Part shown: positions 42,954 through 56,206 of the stretch, piece by piece | How the letters are laid out: every line of letters begins with the position of its first letter | Position numbering within the stretch: position 1 is the first letter of the stretch | DNA from: Amoebidium appalachense | Lineage: Eukaryota; Protista; Ichthyosporea | Length of the DNA: 64,000 bases | Direction: 5' to 3' | Assembly: GCA_963693365.1 (NCBI GenBank) | Contig: CAVNZM010000001.1 | Coordinates: forward strand, 4,356,907 to 4,420,906 | Position numbers and translations under genes: made by a program | Notes under the pieces: generated by a model | The model's database searches: none | The model's input: only the letters and a program-made list of their open reading frames with translations | What the model was told of the DNA's origin: nothing

Positions 42954-44016
42954 GTCGTAGTACAAAATTTTTTAAGACAGGCATTTCCCCTGATTAAATT
43001 GTTAAACAGTTGTTAGTTTTTATCTCATGCATGCACATAGCCGTGCACGATGCTTTCGAAACCAATGGATGAAGAATTACGCAATTCTGGCCCTCTGGCG
43101 CTGCTCTGGCCAAAATCTCTGGCCGTTGCCGGCGGCCGGAGTACGGACGCGCTCCTGTCATTTCTAGATTTCTTGGACGTGTTGGGTTTTTGCCAACGGT
43201 GCATCTTGCTTCTCTGTTACGTACGTGTGTGTTGTTGTTAACGAGGGGTGGGCACCGGCGAGAGCTAGCTGCGGGTGAGTGGAATTCGACTAATAAAAAA
43301 GTAACAGTATATACCCGCACAAAATGGATGCGCATGCTTGCGCTTGCCCCAGCTAATGTGTACACATAAGTACTGGTACATGCGTAGCTACGCCGTACAC
43401 GTGATGAGTGAGTGGTGGGCATGCGGGATGCATACGTGGCCACCAATTATGGTGCTAATGAGGGATAGACTGTGGGGTCACATAGCCAACGTTGTGTTTT
43501 CCCCCCGGAGCTTTCCGTTAGCGCCCAACCAAGTTACCCAAGTACAACTAAGTTATCCTTTTGCTCGGCGCAGAATGTAACATGCCATACTGCGTTTGCT
43601 ATTGTCTAAAATTGATTTGCAGTTTTGCGGAATCATTCTGCTTCTATTTGCCGGCTATTCTGCTTGCAGCATTCGCGCAAGTCCTTTAATTCTGCCGATG
43701 TCTGAAGCAGCGTGATGCTGCAGACCAGCGGCGAGTGTTTGGTGTGTGTATTGCATGTATGTGTACATACAACATGGGTTTGCGTGTGTGAATTATATTA
43801 ACGTGTGTCGCGTGTGTGCGCACGTGTGCACGTGTGTGTGCACGTGTGTGTGTGTGTGTGTGTGTGTGCGTGTGTGTGTGCGTGCGTGTGTGTGTGTGTG
43901 TGTGTGCGTGCAAGTGTGTGTGTTTTTATGTACGTGCCATGACATGCGTGGGTGAAGGTGAGCACGTGTGTGTACGTGCACACGTGTGTGCGTGTGTGTA
44001 TGTGACTGATGTCACA

Positions 44017-44060
<44 letters not shown>

Positions 44061-44353
44061 TTCTCGCTCTCTGCCCCGCCCCGTCTCTCTCTCTTCTCTC
44101 CCCCCCTCTCTCCCTTCTCCACTCTTTCTCACTCTCTCTCTCACTCTCTCTCTCTCTCTCTCTCTTCCCCCCCCCCCCCTCTCTTCTTCTCTCTCCCTCT
44201 CTCCCTCCCTCTCTCCCTCCCTCTTTCCTCCCCCCCCCCCCCCTCTGTCTCTCTCCCTCCTCCCCCATCCCCCACCCCCCATCTCCCTCTCTCTCTCTCT
44301 CTCGCTCCCCCCCTCCCCCCTCCCCCCCCCTCTTGATATCACACACACACACA

Positions 44354-44405
<52 letters not shown>

Positions 44406-44431
44406 CCCCCCCCCCCCCCCTCTCTCTCCCT

Positions 44432-44484
<53 letters not shown>

Positions 44485-44499
44485 CTCTCTCTCTCTCTA

Positions 44500-44591
<92 letters not shown>

Positions 44592-46226
44592 ATTTCTCTC
44601 TCTCTCCGCTCTGACTGAGTTTCTCTCTCTCTCTCTCTCAGATCTCTCTCTCTCTCTTTCACCGGACGTCTGCCTGTCTGTATTTGTCTCTCTCGCTGTC
44701 GCATATATCATTAGTAACGTAGAAAACCATGCATTCTTTTTTAATGGTTAAATAACAGTCAGTATGTATTAGTCTCCAAGGCTTGATGTACCCACTGGCT
44801 TATCTTACGTAAGTGGCCGGGTGCTACTACGCCGCGGGACCTGCGGCAATATATATATAATAAAAAAATAAAATAAAAAAAAAGATGCCGCAGGGAAGAC
44901 AGCACTCAGCAACATGTCTCCATGTGAACATGGAGCAGAGACATGGAGCACTCAGAGTGAATATATACAAAAAAAAAAGATGTATCGACATGCATGTAGG
45001 CCTAGCGAGTCCGACACGATTTTCAGCATGAGCCAATGAACACTCACTAAAGATCATGGAATGTTTAGAATTGCAATTTAGCTTTTGCTGCATTTGTATG
45101 TGGCACATGATGGTCATGAGGGTCTGACAAACCGGTTTGAAGGCTATAAGCCTTTAAAGTCGATTCGATTTCCTAGCCCGACATTTTAAATTTTCATAGA
45201 TAGCAGAAGCTTTACGGTTTTTTTAACTGAGCTGGAAGAAGCCCTTTTACTAATAAACTGAAGTGTGTACCAATTGTACATGTAGTAGCGACTGACACTG
45301 ACTGTCTGCTACCAACCAGGGTTTCAAATTGCTACATTCCGTCATCTGGATCTGTTTATCATGGCTTTTCTCAATCATTGGTCCGCACGACAAACCAGGG
45401 TAAAAAGGGCCCGCGGAGCATGTTCGTTATCAACACACCAACACTGTATGGCCATGTGCCACCAGTACCGGATGGGCTTATCAGACTTGGAATGCAGCGC
45501 CATTTGCAGCAGAGCCCCCAAATGCAGAGCAAAGAATCCGACTTCCATCTGACCGACGGTTTTGAACGCTGTTTCCTCAAATGTGTTCAGGTTGGACAGT
45601 TACCACACAAGGACGTCGAGGGGAAGAAGGAGCACCGAGCGTCAGAAAGTGCAGGTTCCCAATCCTGTCGGCCTGTCAGAAGTGTGCACCCTTGCTATAT
45701 CCCGTGCATGGATCAATGGATCGCGGAGGGGACCCGGAATAATGCACTTGGCTTTGCGACACTTACCCTATCTGCGCAAAAGACTGTTTCCGTGCGTACG
45801 GCAGTGCTCAGTCGTGTGGGGACGAATGTGCATTCTACGGCGTGCACGTGGGGTCACCCGCTGAGTAGGTAGCGTTCCGATTGTTAACGACGTCAACGGG
45901 AGAAGACAACCGACCTTGCAATTGTTTGCAATGTCTGCTGCTCTCGTGTGTGAATAATTAATAAAAAATAAAAAAGAAGGATTAACGCAAGACTCGGGAG
46001 TAACGCAAGACTGCTCTAACTCTGTGGGGGTGTGGCGTACATGCAAGAGTTCAGTGTGTTGTGCCATGCGCGTGGTTTAACTCTGTGTGATGATTATGTT
46101 TGTGTGTCCACGGAGATTTGTGCCTGTTCCGTGTGTCATGACGTGTGCCATGATGTGATGTGAGTGAGACTCTGAGAGAGAGAGAGAGAGAGCGCGCGCG
46201 TGTGTGTGTGATGTGTATGTGTGTGC

Positions 46227-46493
<267 letters not shown>

Positions 46494-46766
46494 TGTGTGT
46501 GTGTGCAAAAGATCGTGTATTTATACATTGTTCTTTGGGGGAGAAGGGGAGGAAGGGTGGGGGGAAGGAAGGGGGGATGAGGATCCGGAGAGGCGGGCCC
46601 GGGGGGTTGGCTGGCTTTGGAAAGCCTTTAAGAGCGGGGTTACAGGGGTAGGGTGGCCGCGCGGGGGTGGTGGTGGTGGTGGTGGTGGTGGTGGTGTGGG
46701 GGGGGGGAGAGAGAGCGGGGGAGGGGAGGTGGAGCGTCGTGTTTTTTTTTTTTTTTTTTTCTTTCT

Positions 46767-46799
<33 letters not shown>

Positions 46800-47311
46800 G
46801 GGGGGGGGGAAGTTGGATGCAATAGCCAAATTGAATGCCACATCATTCACATGTTTATGTTACAATAAATTATGGGTCATCACTACTGCCACTGCGGTGG
46901 TGGGAGGTGTAAGGGGATTGCTAAAAACAAAAAATGGCGCCAGGCATCTCATTCACTTAATGTATGTACGAGTCAAACTAATTAAGGATACTCTTCTGAA
47001 ATGAACCACAAGACGACCCTATGATGGCATAGCATTGTGGTTGTCACTTTACTGTTATGTTAACGTCGCATCCATTTTCACTGTTCTTTGGGTCACGTGC
47101 ACGTTGGTACTGGGCCGTACCAGCAGCACAGCCCAATTATTCTCTAACTTCCCAAGAGTCAATGATGTTCAGATGGCCTCGGTCGGCAAATCCTGCCTAC
47201 TGCACATGCATCTTGTGTGCGCTTTGCCTCTTGCAGCTACTTCTTTCTCGACACGTTTTTTCTTTCTTTCTTCTTCTTCTTCTTCTTCTCTCTCTCTCTC
47301 TCTTTTTTTGC

Positions 47312-47972
47312 TCACAGCTGCTTTCTGACCCCCACTTGTTGCCTGCAGACAGGGCAGCTGTGTACCACATCCTTGAGGTCATCCACGCACAGGGGCACAC
47401 ACGTGCAGGGCCAGCAGACCAGACAGCAGCAGCCCACAGCAAGCCACATGGCTGTTCCGTTGACCAACTCAGGCACCGTGGTCACCATTTGGTTGCATCG
47501 CATGCAGAACGCCTGGCAGGGTTCGTTGCCAAACGCTGGCTGGGTGATGATGATGGTTTGCGCAACTGGTGCCGGATGTATGAAGGAGGCCGAAGCTGCC
47601 GGTGCACTTCCACTGAAGTCTTCTGGTTTTGGGGTAGTTGCAGCGTAAAAACCAGGTGGGGTTGGGTAGGGTGTAGACTGAGAAGGCCTAGGGGCAGCCG
47701 GGGGGAGCCTGGTGATGGAGTGTCGGTGGGGTGTGTATGGGTGAGTAATTGTTTAGGGTGGGCATGGGCGACGGGTACATATTGGGGTCGGCCGCGGGAG
47801 CATGCTGATAGCTTGGGTACGTAGGGGGTGGATTTGGATAGGGGTAGACTGGGGGTGGAGTGTATTCGACGGGGGGTTGGGGTTGGTGGGTGTGGGCCGG
47901 GGTGCCTGGGCCTGTAGTTGTGGCAGCCAAGGGTGGGTGGGGATATGTGTTGTGGTCGTTGTTCGTATCCAT
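47312..47972 (-). CDS. LITAF: LITAF-domain protein (proline-rich PPxY N-terminus plus LITAF zinc ribbon), about 196 aa
   Basis: C-terminal FGNEPCQAFCMRCNQMVTT..NGTAMWLAVGCCCLVCWPCTCVPLCVDDLKDVVHSCPVCRQQVG has the CxxC / hydrophobic stretch / HxCPxC LITAF pattern. The N-terminal MDTNNDH..PPPVYPYPNPPPTYPSY lies in another frame and is joined by a predicted 70-nt intron 47778-47709 (exons 47972-47779 and 47708-47312). This is a family-level call, not strict orthology. Confidence 0.85.
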
Positions 47973-50964
47973 TATGATGGCCGGATGGATGTGTGGGAGG
48001 AAGTGGGTTGGCAATATCTAGGGCTGCAAGAAAGATATTTAGTTTGTAAGTGTGCGAATGTGTATTTGTTGACTCAATGAGAGCACCAAGCCCAAATGTA
48101 AATATTGCTCCGTGTCCGGCCATTTCATTCCGTTCTGAATCCGCGTACAAGATGCTTGTGGTGCGCGCCGGACCAATAATATACATCTGGCAATATGATT
48201 CTGCCAATCAAATTAGAGGTAATCAGGATCATCATCAGTACAGATTCTATAGAGAGCATACGCCAAGCAGCGGCACCAGTCAGATCCTGAGCAGCACGTG
48301 GGGAACCTCCGAAACTCTCACAATAATTTCAAGGCATGTCTATCGTTTCTGTATCCCAAAGCCTTTTCAGGTTTTGAATCGTGTAAAACGGAACACAAGG
48401 CTCCACAATTTTCTTGAATATCATTGTCAGGTTCGAATTTACGTAAGACCTGACGAACATGAGGCTTTTGTCATCAGTGTTCAAGAGACGAGCTCCACAG
48501 CCTCTTAAGAATGAGAAAATGGGCCAGTTTCACGTACGTATTCACGTACATAATGGGCACCTTACGTGCGTGGGCACAACATGTATGTCTACGATGTGTC
48601 ATATATAAGTACACGAGACATGACGTCCACGGCCCACATGATGTGCGTGCCCCTACCCCGCACGGCGCACATGATGTGCGTAGAGTCTATTCGATCATGG
48701 GCACATGCATGATCAGTCAGGCATGCACATGATGCACATGTGTACACATACTTTCTATTTTGTGATTTCATCTTTGTGTTAACATGAATATCACGCTAGC
48801 AAAAACTTCTTATATGTACGGCACGGAAACATGGTATGCGCAAAGGTAAGTGCCTATCAAAACCTGTAAGTGACACACTTCGAGACTGTGCTTGCCGCAC
48901 GCGTCGTGCAGCCCATACTCACTGTCACTGCCCCCGCGTCAGCGGCCAGTGTGCGGCTGTATGCCGGATCTACAAGATCAGAGTTTTGAAGATTCTCTGG
49001 CAAATCTCTCAGTGGTTGGCCCAGGAGATCGAGATCTAGATCCTCTGCTGCTGGCGTCAGACTATGATGATCAGCGCCTGCCCGGCTATTCGTGCCTGGG
49101 CGGCGGAGCTCCGAGCGCGTCCGTGCACGTGGGACCTTCACGGAGTACTACGCTGAGTAGCCTACGCGCTTGCGTGCGCCGGGTGCGCGTACGTGTGTCA
49201 TGTGGATGTATACATTTACGTGGCGACTCAGGCTGACTCAGGCATGGCATGCCTAGGCCTATTTGTAAAATTTTAGGCCTGTGCCGTTTGGCGGGTATGC
49301 ATGCATGGGTGACTGCTTGGGCAAGACTTCACAATTCAGCTGCAGTGTCACTTATGTAGTTGCATGAAGACTAACCTTTTATGTTTAAGTGTGTGTGTGT
49401 GTGTGTGTTTGTGTGTGTGTGTTTGTGCACATGTATGCGTGGTGCGTGCAAGTGTACATGCCGTGCGCGTGCTTGTGATGTGTATGTGAACGTTCATGCG
49501 TTATGCCACTGTTTACAGGTGTTTGTGCGCGTGTGTGTGCGTGCCAAAGGCTTCAGACCAGTAAGGCGTGCCCCCGCCAGGGGGCACGCAGAACCAAGAA
49601 TTGGCTAGTATATCATAGTCACTTTGAGTGCTGTCTCCCTACGGCCTATAACATACCTCGTATGCTGCCGCAGGCGACAGTCACTATGGGGTGGCAGGTT
49701 AGTAAATAGTCTCGATCGAAATTGACCAATAGCAGCTCGCTAAAAACAAGGCATCTGCCGGGCTAAAACGACCCACCTTGGTAAGTGATAGTGTAAATCG
49801 ATGAAAAAAAGGAAAATAAAAATAAAAATCACACAAAATAAGAAAATTAGAAAAACTGTAAATATATACGAATAAAATTCTACGACAAAACGCTCTTTTT
49901 AGCTAGCGACGCTCACGGTAGCGAATCTACTAGCGATCCGGCCTCAACAATCGTGATGTCCACTGTCGAGAGATTTTGATTGGCTCACAGCCTTTCAATT
50001 TGAATTGCTACACTTTCTACCAATCGGATAGCTCGAAACACAAGGCAAGATTTTTTGATCCAGCCTGTTCAATGTCTTGCTACCTCATAGACAAAGTTTG
50101 CTCGCAGGTAATCGGATCTGGCTTTACGAGCGGCGATTGGTTCAAAATGACGTAAGCCTACCAAAGTAGTAAAAAGAAGACATGATCCGGCTGCCCAGGG
50201 CTTTTTCTTTTTATACAAGCGGTATGGACATGACAGAACCTCAAATGGCTCCCCTGAATGTCCCCCCAGATCTACTCTATTGTAATATGTAGCCTGTATG
50301 CCCGCTGAGGCGAAATTTTTCCAAGTCTTTTAAACCATTTAAAAGTCACGTCTGTCATCTTGGCCCAATGTTTGGCGCCAAAACCTGGCAAAACGAACCC
50401 TACACTCCCCGTCACGCCAAACCAGAACTGCGCGCAATCTGCAGCACAACCACCTTCTGACCTTTGAGTTTACGTACGTTTCCTCGGCAAGGTGGCCTCC
50501 TAATGGTGCGTCAGTAAAAGAAAACAAAGAAAAAAATACATTAGGACCTTTTTGCGCTATGTATCACCTCCGTGCCGCACAGGAAACCTTAGTGGTTATG
50601 CGATAAGCTCTCGCACCTCACCAGGGGGGCCAAGCTGCACTAGGCCAGGCCACTATGACGATACGCTTCTCAAGTACCTGCACAAAGGCGTTATAGCACC
50701 TTTACCTATGTTATTTTCCGTACATCATTGTTAACGTCACATGCATCCACATCATCACGCGCTTAATCACTCAAGAGTTCCAGTCCAGGTAAGCCACGTG
50801 ACTTCACTGTTAACGTGAATGGGAATGGGGGTGGGCTGGTTTGCGAGGAAGTGGGCGATATGTGGGCAGCGCGGGTTGTGTTTGTTTGTGTGGAGGAAGC
50901 AACCCCTTTATTGGAGTGTTATTGGAGTGGGTGATGTCAGTAAATATGATGCATATGAACTTGT

Positions 50965-51010
<46 letters not shown>

Positions 51011-51346
51011 ACCCTCCCCCCCCCCCCTCCCCCCCCCCCCCCCCAAAAAAAAACAAAAAAAGCCCCAAAACCACACACACCAGTCCTCTGGTATTTAGCC
51101 ATGCCACAGCCTCTTTACCCAACGCACCCACCCAACCAGATTAGGCTTCTCTTCTTCCCCTACACACACGCACGACACCCCTACTCCCCTCCCCTTTGCC
51201 TTCCATCCCTTCTTCTTGCTTCTAAACTTCTTTTTTCTTTGCTTTTATGCTGGCCTTCCCCTTCCTCCCATCCTCTATGCATTACCGCTTCATCTTTACT
51301 TAGCTTCTTTGCCTCTTTTCTTCTCTGCTATCTTGCTTTATAGCCT

Positions 51347-51387
<41 letters not shown>

Positions 51388-51609
51388 TTCTCCCCCCCCC
51401 CCCCCTCCCCCCCCCCCCGTTCTTCCCCCCTCCTTCCCTCCTCCCCCTCCTCCTCTGCCTCCCCCGCCCCCCCTCCCTCCCCCCCCCTCCCCACACACAT
51501 ACTGCCTCTCTCAACCCCCCCCCCCCCTCCACTCCCCCCCCCCTCCCCCTCCCCCCCAAAAAAAACCTCTTCTTGCCTCTCTCCATGACATTACCGTCGT
51601 CATCCGTCT

Positions 51610-51652
<43 letters not shown>

Positions 51653-51689
51653 CCCCCCCCCCCCCCCCCCCCCCCCCCCGCCCCTGCCC

Positions 51690-52157
51690 CTCCCTCCACC
51701 ACTGCTACCACCCCTGCTCGGCTTCTGTGCTTCGTGCTTCTTTGCTTTTCTCCTTGTTTGCTTCTTTGCTTCTTTGCTTCTTTGCTTCTTTGTTTCTTTG
51801 CTTCTTTGCTTCTTTTCCTCTCTCCTTCTTTGCTTCTTTGCTTCTTTGCCTTTCTCCGTCTTTGCTTCCTTGCTTCTTTACTTCTTTGCTTCTTTTCCTC
51901 TCTCCTTCTTTGCTTCTTTGCTTCTTTGCCTTTCTCCGTTTTTTTCTTCTTTGCTTCTTTGCCTCTCTCCTTCTTTGCTTCTTTGCCTCTCTCCTTCTTT
52001 GCTTCTTTGCTTCTTTGCCTTTCTCCGTCTTTGCTTTTTTGCTTCTTGGCTTCTTGCGTCTTTGCTTCTTTGCCTCTCTCCTTCTTTGCTTCTTTGCTTC
52101 TTTGCCTTTCTCCGTCCCTGCTTTCTTGTTTCTTTGCTTCTTTGCTTCTCGATCAAC

Positions 52158-52188
<31 letters not shown>

Positions 52189-52927
52189 AAAAAAAAAAAC
52201 AATCAAAAAAACACTTATCCTACATACCTTGTTCCTCCCCCCCCCCCCCCCCCCCCCCTCCTCCGCCCTTCTCCACCACTGCCCCTGCTCCGTTTCTGTG
52301 CTTCCTCGCTCCTTTTTGCTTCTTTGCCTCTCTCCTTCTTTGCTTCTTTGCTTCTTTGCTTCTTTGCTTCTTTGCCTCTCTCCTTCTTTGCTTCTTTGCT
52401 TCTTTGCCTTTCTCCGTCTTTGCTTCTTTGCTTGTTTGCCTCTCTCCTTCTTTGCTTCTTTGCTTCTTTTCTTCTTTGCTTCTTTGCTTCTTTGCTTCTT
52501 TGCGTCTTTGTTTCTTTGCGTCTTTGCTTCTCTCCTCAACCCCCCCCCCCCCCCTCCCCCCAACCCCCCTTCCCCTCCCTCCCCTCCCCCCCCCCCCCCC
52601 CAAAAAAAAAACAAAACAAAACACTGATCCTGCATACCTTGTTCCTCCCCCCTCCCCCCCACCCCCCTCCCCCTTCTCCACCACAACTACCCCTGCTCGG
52701 TTTCTGTGCTTCCTCGCTCCTTTTTGCTTCTTTGCCCCTCTCCTTCTTTGCTTCTTTTCTTCTTTGTTTTTTTGCTTCGTTGCTTCGTTGCTTCGTTGCT
52801 TCATTGCTCCTTTTCTTCTTTGCTTCTTTGCTTCTTTGCTTCTTTGCTTCTTTGCTTGTTTGCCTCTTTGCCTTTCTCCTTCTTTGCTTCTTTGCTTCTT
52901 TGCTTCTTTGCTTTTTTTCTTCTCTGC

Positions 52928-52962
<35 letters not shown>

Positions 52963-53249
52963 CGGCCTCTCCCTCCCCTCCCCTCCCCCTTCCCCACCCC
53001 CCCAGACTAACACTGATCCTACATACCTTGTTCCCCCCCCCCCCCCCCCCCCCCCCTCACCACCACCACCACTACCCCTGCTCGGTTTCTGTGCTTCCTC
53101 GCTCCTTTTTGCTTGCTTCTTCTCCATCACGTTGCTTCTTTGCTTCTTTGCTTCTTTGCTTCTTTGCTCCTTTGCCTCTTCCCTTCTCTGCTCACCTCCC
53201 CCCCCCCCCCCCCCCCCCCCCCCCCTTTCCCCCTCTTGCAAACTCATCT

Positions 53250-53280
<31 letters not shown>

Positions 53281-53294
53281 TCCCCCTTCCACAT

Positions 53295-53342
<48 letters not shown>

Positions 53343-54050
53343 TTGCTTCTTTGCTTCTTTTTCTCTCTCCTTCCTTGGCTTCTTTGCTTCTTTGCCTTTC
53401 TCCGTCTTTGCTTCTTTGCTTCTTTGCTTCTTTTCCTCTCTCCTTCTTTGCTTCTTTGCTTCTTTGCCTTTCTCCGTTTTTTGCTTCTTTGCTTCTTTGC
53501 CTCTCTCCTTCTTTGCTACTTTGCTCCTTTGCTCCTTTGCTTCTTTGCTTCTTTGCCTTTCTCCGTCTTTGCTTTTTTGCTTCTTTGCTTCTTTGCTTCT
53601 TTGCCTCTCTCCTTCTTTCCTTTTTTTCCTTTCTCCGTCTTCGCTTTTTTGGTTCTTTGGTTCTTTGCTTCTCTGCTCAAACCCCCCCCCCCCCCCCCCC
53701 CCCAAACCCCCCTAATCCCTCCCCCCCCCCCCCCCCCCAAACACTGATCCTAGATACCTTGTCCCCCCCCCCCCCCCCCCCCCCCGCACCCCCCGCCCTT
53801 CTCCACCACACCACTACCCCTGCTCCGTTTCTGTGCTTCCTTGCTCCTTTTTGCTTCTTTGCCTCTCTCCTTCTTTTCTTCTTTGCGTGCTTCTTTGCCT
53901 CTCTCCTTCTTTACTTCTTTGCTTCTTTGCCTTTCTCCGTCTTTGCTTCTTTGCTTGTTTGCCTCTCTCTTTCTTTGCTTCTTTGCTTCTTTGCTTCTTT
54001 GCTTCTTTGCTTCTTTGCTTCTTTGCTTCTCTGCTCAGCCCCCCCCCCCT

Positions 54051-54081
<31 letters not shown>

Positions 54082-54270
54082 CCCGGCCCCTCCCCTCCGC
54101 CACTGCTACCACCCCTGGCTCGGCTTCTGTGCTTCGTGCTTCTTTGCTTTTCTCCTTGTTTGCTTGTTTGCTTGTTTGCTTGTTTGCTTGTTTGCTTCTT
54201 TTCCTTGCTCCTTCTTTGCTTCTTTGCTTCTGCCTTTCTCTTTACCTTTGCCTTACCTTGTCCGGTTCCC
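51690..54270. repeat. (TTCTTTGC)n octamer satellite organised in higher-order units of about 300-750 bp
   Basis: Dense octamer arrays punctuated by recurring blocks ccctgctc(g/c)g(c/t)ttctgtgcttc (about 51715, 52285, 52692, 53077, 53819, 54113) and acactgatcct.cataccttgt (about 52212, 52621, 53010, 53741). Confidence 0.9.
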
Positions 54271-54277
54271 TTAACCC

Positions 54278-54327
<50 letters not shown>

Positions 54328-54657
54328 TTGACCGGCTCGGTTAAGAACAAAAGGTCACTTTTCGATAAGTAGAAGCACCATTTTGTATACTTTTGTTTCA
54401 TACTTTGGGTTTAAAGATATCTGCTCTTCCTTCTGTAGTTTTCAGCTCGTAGATCATTCACGAACATGTACACAGCATCATACCGATGATGTTTGCAGCT
54501 AACCACTGCAACGCACACGCTAGTGCTACTCAAAATCAGATAAAAATAAAGACTCATTACCCCACAGTGGGTACACTGAACCCCGTTGTAGCAGAGAGAA
54601 ACAAACAGAAGGATGCATAATCAAGTGTGTGTGTGTGTGTGTTGTGTGTGTGTGCGC

Positions 54658-54688
<31 letters not shown>

Positions 54689-54863
54689 TGTGTGCGTGTG
54701 TGCGTGCGTGTGTGTGCGTGTGCGCATGTGTGCACCGATGTGTGTTTGTACGTCTGCACCTGCACACGTTTGTGCGTGTGGTGGCAGTGAGATTCTTGTG
54801 TGTGCACTTGTGGTTTTGGGGCCCGGGTGGGACGAGGGCCTGGAGGTGGGGTGCCTCCCGGGT

Positions 54864-54950
<87 letters not shown>

Positions 54951-54953
<3 letters not shown>

Positions 54954-55102
54954 CTGCTGGGCACAGGAGATGTGAACTTTGCAGAGTCGATTTCAATAAA
55001 TTTTTTTTTTAATTTTTTTTTTAGGGGGCGGGGGGGGGGGGGGGGGAGGGGGGCTGCTGGGCACAGGAGATGTGAACTTTGCAGAGTCGATTTCAATAAA
55101 TT
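54951..55102. repeat. Perfect direct duplication of about 52 bp
   Basis: gggctgctgggcacaggagatgtgaactttgcagagtcgatttcaataaatt at 54951 and 55051, each preceded by T-run/A/G-run. Confidence 0.9.
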
Positions 55103-55634
55103 AATTTATAAACCAAGTGCACCTGGCACTCTCCGATACGAAAGATCGAAACTAGAACTAATATTAGCACGTAAATTATTTACATGTTTACAATTTGGCA
55201 AATTTGCACACCACACACGAGTAACTTTACTGATTACATTTTTCTTATGTAGTTCCCATTGGAACGTGCCGACTTTGCGTTCTTAGCATCCCCAGCATAC
55301 ACATCGTGCCGGTCACCAAGCAGTTCAGAAATAAGGGGAACGTGGATGCTGTAAGGGGGTTGTGAAGGGGGTTGGGGAGAAGGGCAGAGAGGCAACAAAG
55401 AAAAGATTCACTTCTCATTTAACCATCATGTTGAACGTGCAAGAATGGGTGGGTGGGTGGGTGGGGGGGGAGACAAAAGGGTAAGAGTGAGACAGAGGGA
55501 AGGGGACAGGAGGAAGGAGGGGAGGGGGGAGGGGGGGCAAGGGACAGGGGGGGGAAGGGGGGGGTATTTTTCTTTCTTCTTTTCTTTCTTTTCTTTTGGT
55601 GGTTGGTGGTGGTGGTGGTGGTGTGTGTGTGGGT

Positions 55635-55665
<31 letters not shown>

Positions 55666-56175
55666 GGGGGGGGGTAAGAGCAAATACTCAAGGGGGCCGA
55701 ACTTATGAAACGGGGGGAAAAGGGGGAAGGGAGAGGGGGGGGAGAGGGGGGGGGGGGGGAGGAGGGGAAGGGGAGAGGTTGGGGGGGAGGGGCACGGGTG
55801 GGGGTGGGGTGTGTGTGTGTGTGGGGGGGGGGGGGGGGAGGGGAGGGGGGGGGAAGCCCAGAGAACCGTTGATTCCAAAGGATAGAGGGAGACAGAACAT
55901 TTCAGTGGAGAATTGGGGATGGGGAGAAGGGGGAGGGGGGGGAGGAGGGGTGTGGATTGGGAAGCGCATGCAAGGATTAAACGAGAAGAGCACGGAGAGG
56001 ACACAGCTGGTAGATAAAAGGGGAGAGGGCAGAGAGGTTGAGGTTTAGGGTATGTGTTAGAAATAAATGGGCCCGGGGAGGGGAGGGGGGGATCCTATGA
56101 TACCCCTGAACAGGGGGCTTCCTCTGCCTCTACAAGTGATCGGTTTCGACTCTTTGAAACGGGGAGAAGGGGGGG

Positions 56176-56206
<31 letters not shown>

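Noticed and set aside
45361-45872. Cys-containing ORFs (ERCFLKCV, small-Tim-like)
   Set aside because: The second CX3C is not convincingly spaced and no gene structure was found.
48050-49236. ORFs 48050-48508 (+) and 48857-49141 (-, with a GTGAGT donor)
   Set aside because: No recognisable domain and no connectable exons.
51216-53747. 843-aa hydrophobic ORF
   Set aside because: It is the translation of the stop-free TTCTTTGC satellite; overlapping frames on both strands are similarly open.
51690-54270. CRISPR-like or telomeric array
   Set aside because: There are no unique spacers or cas genes, the context is eukaryotic, and the unit is not a G-rich telomere repeat.
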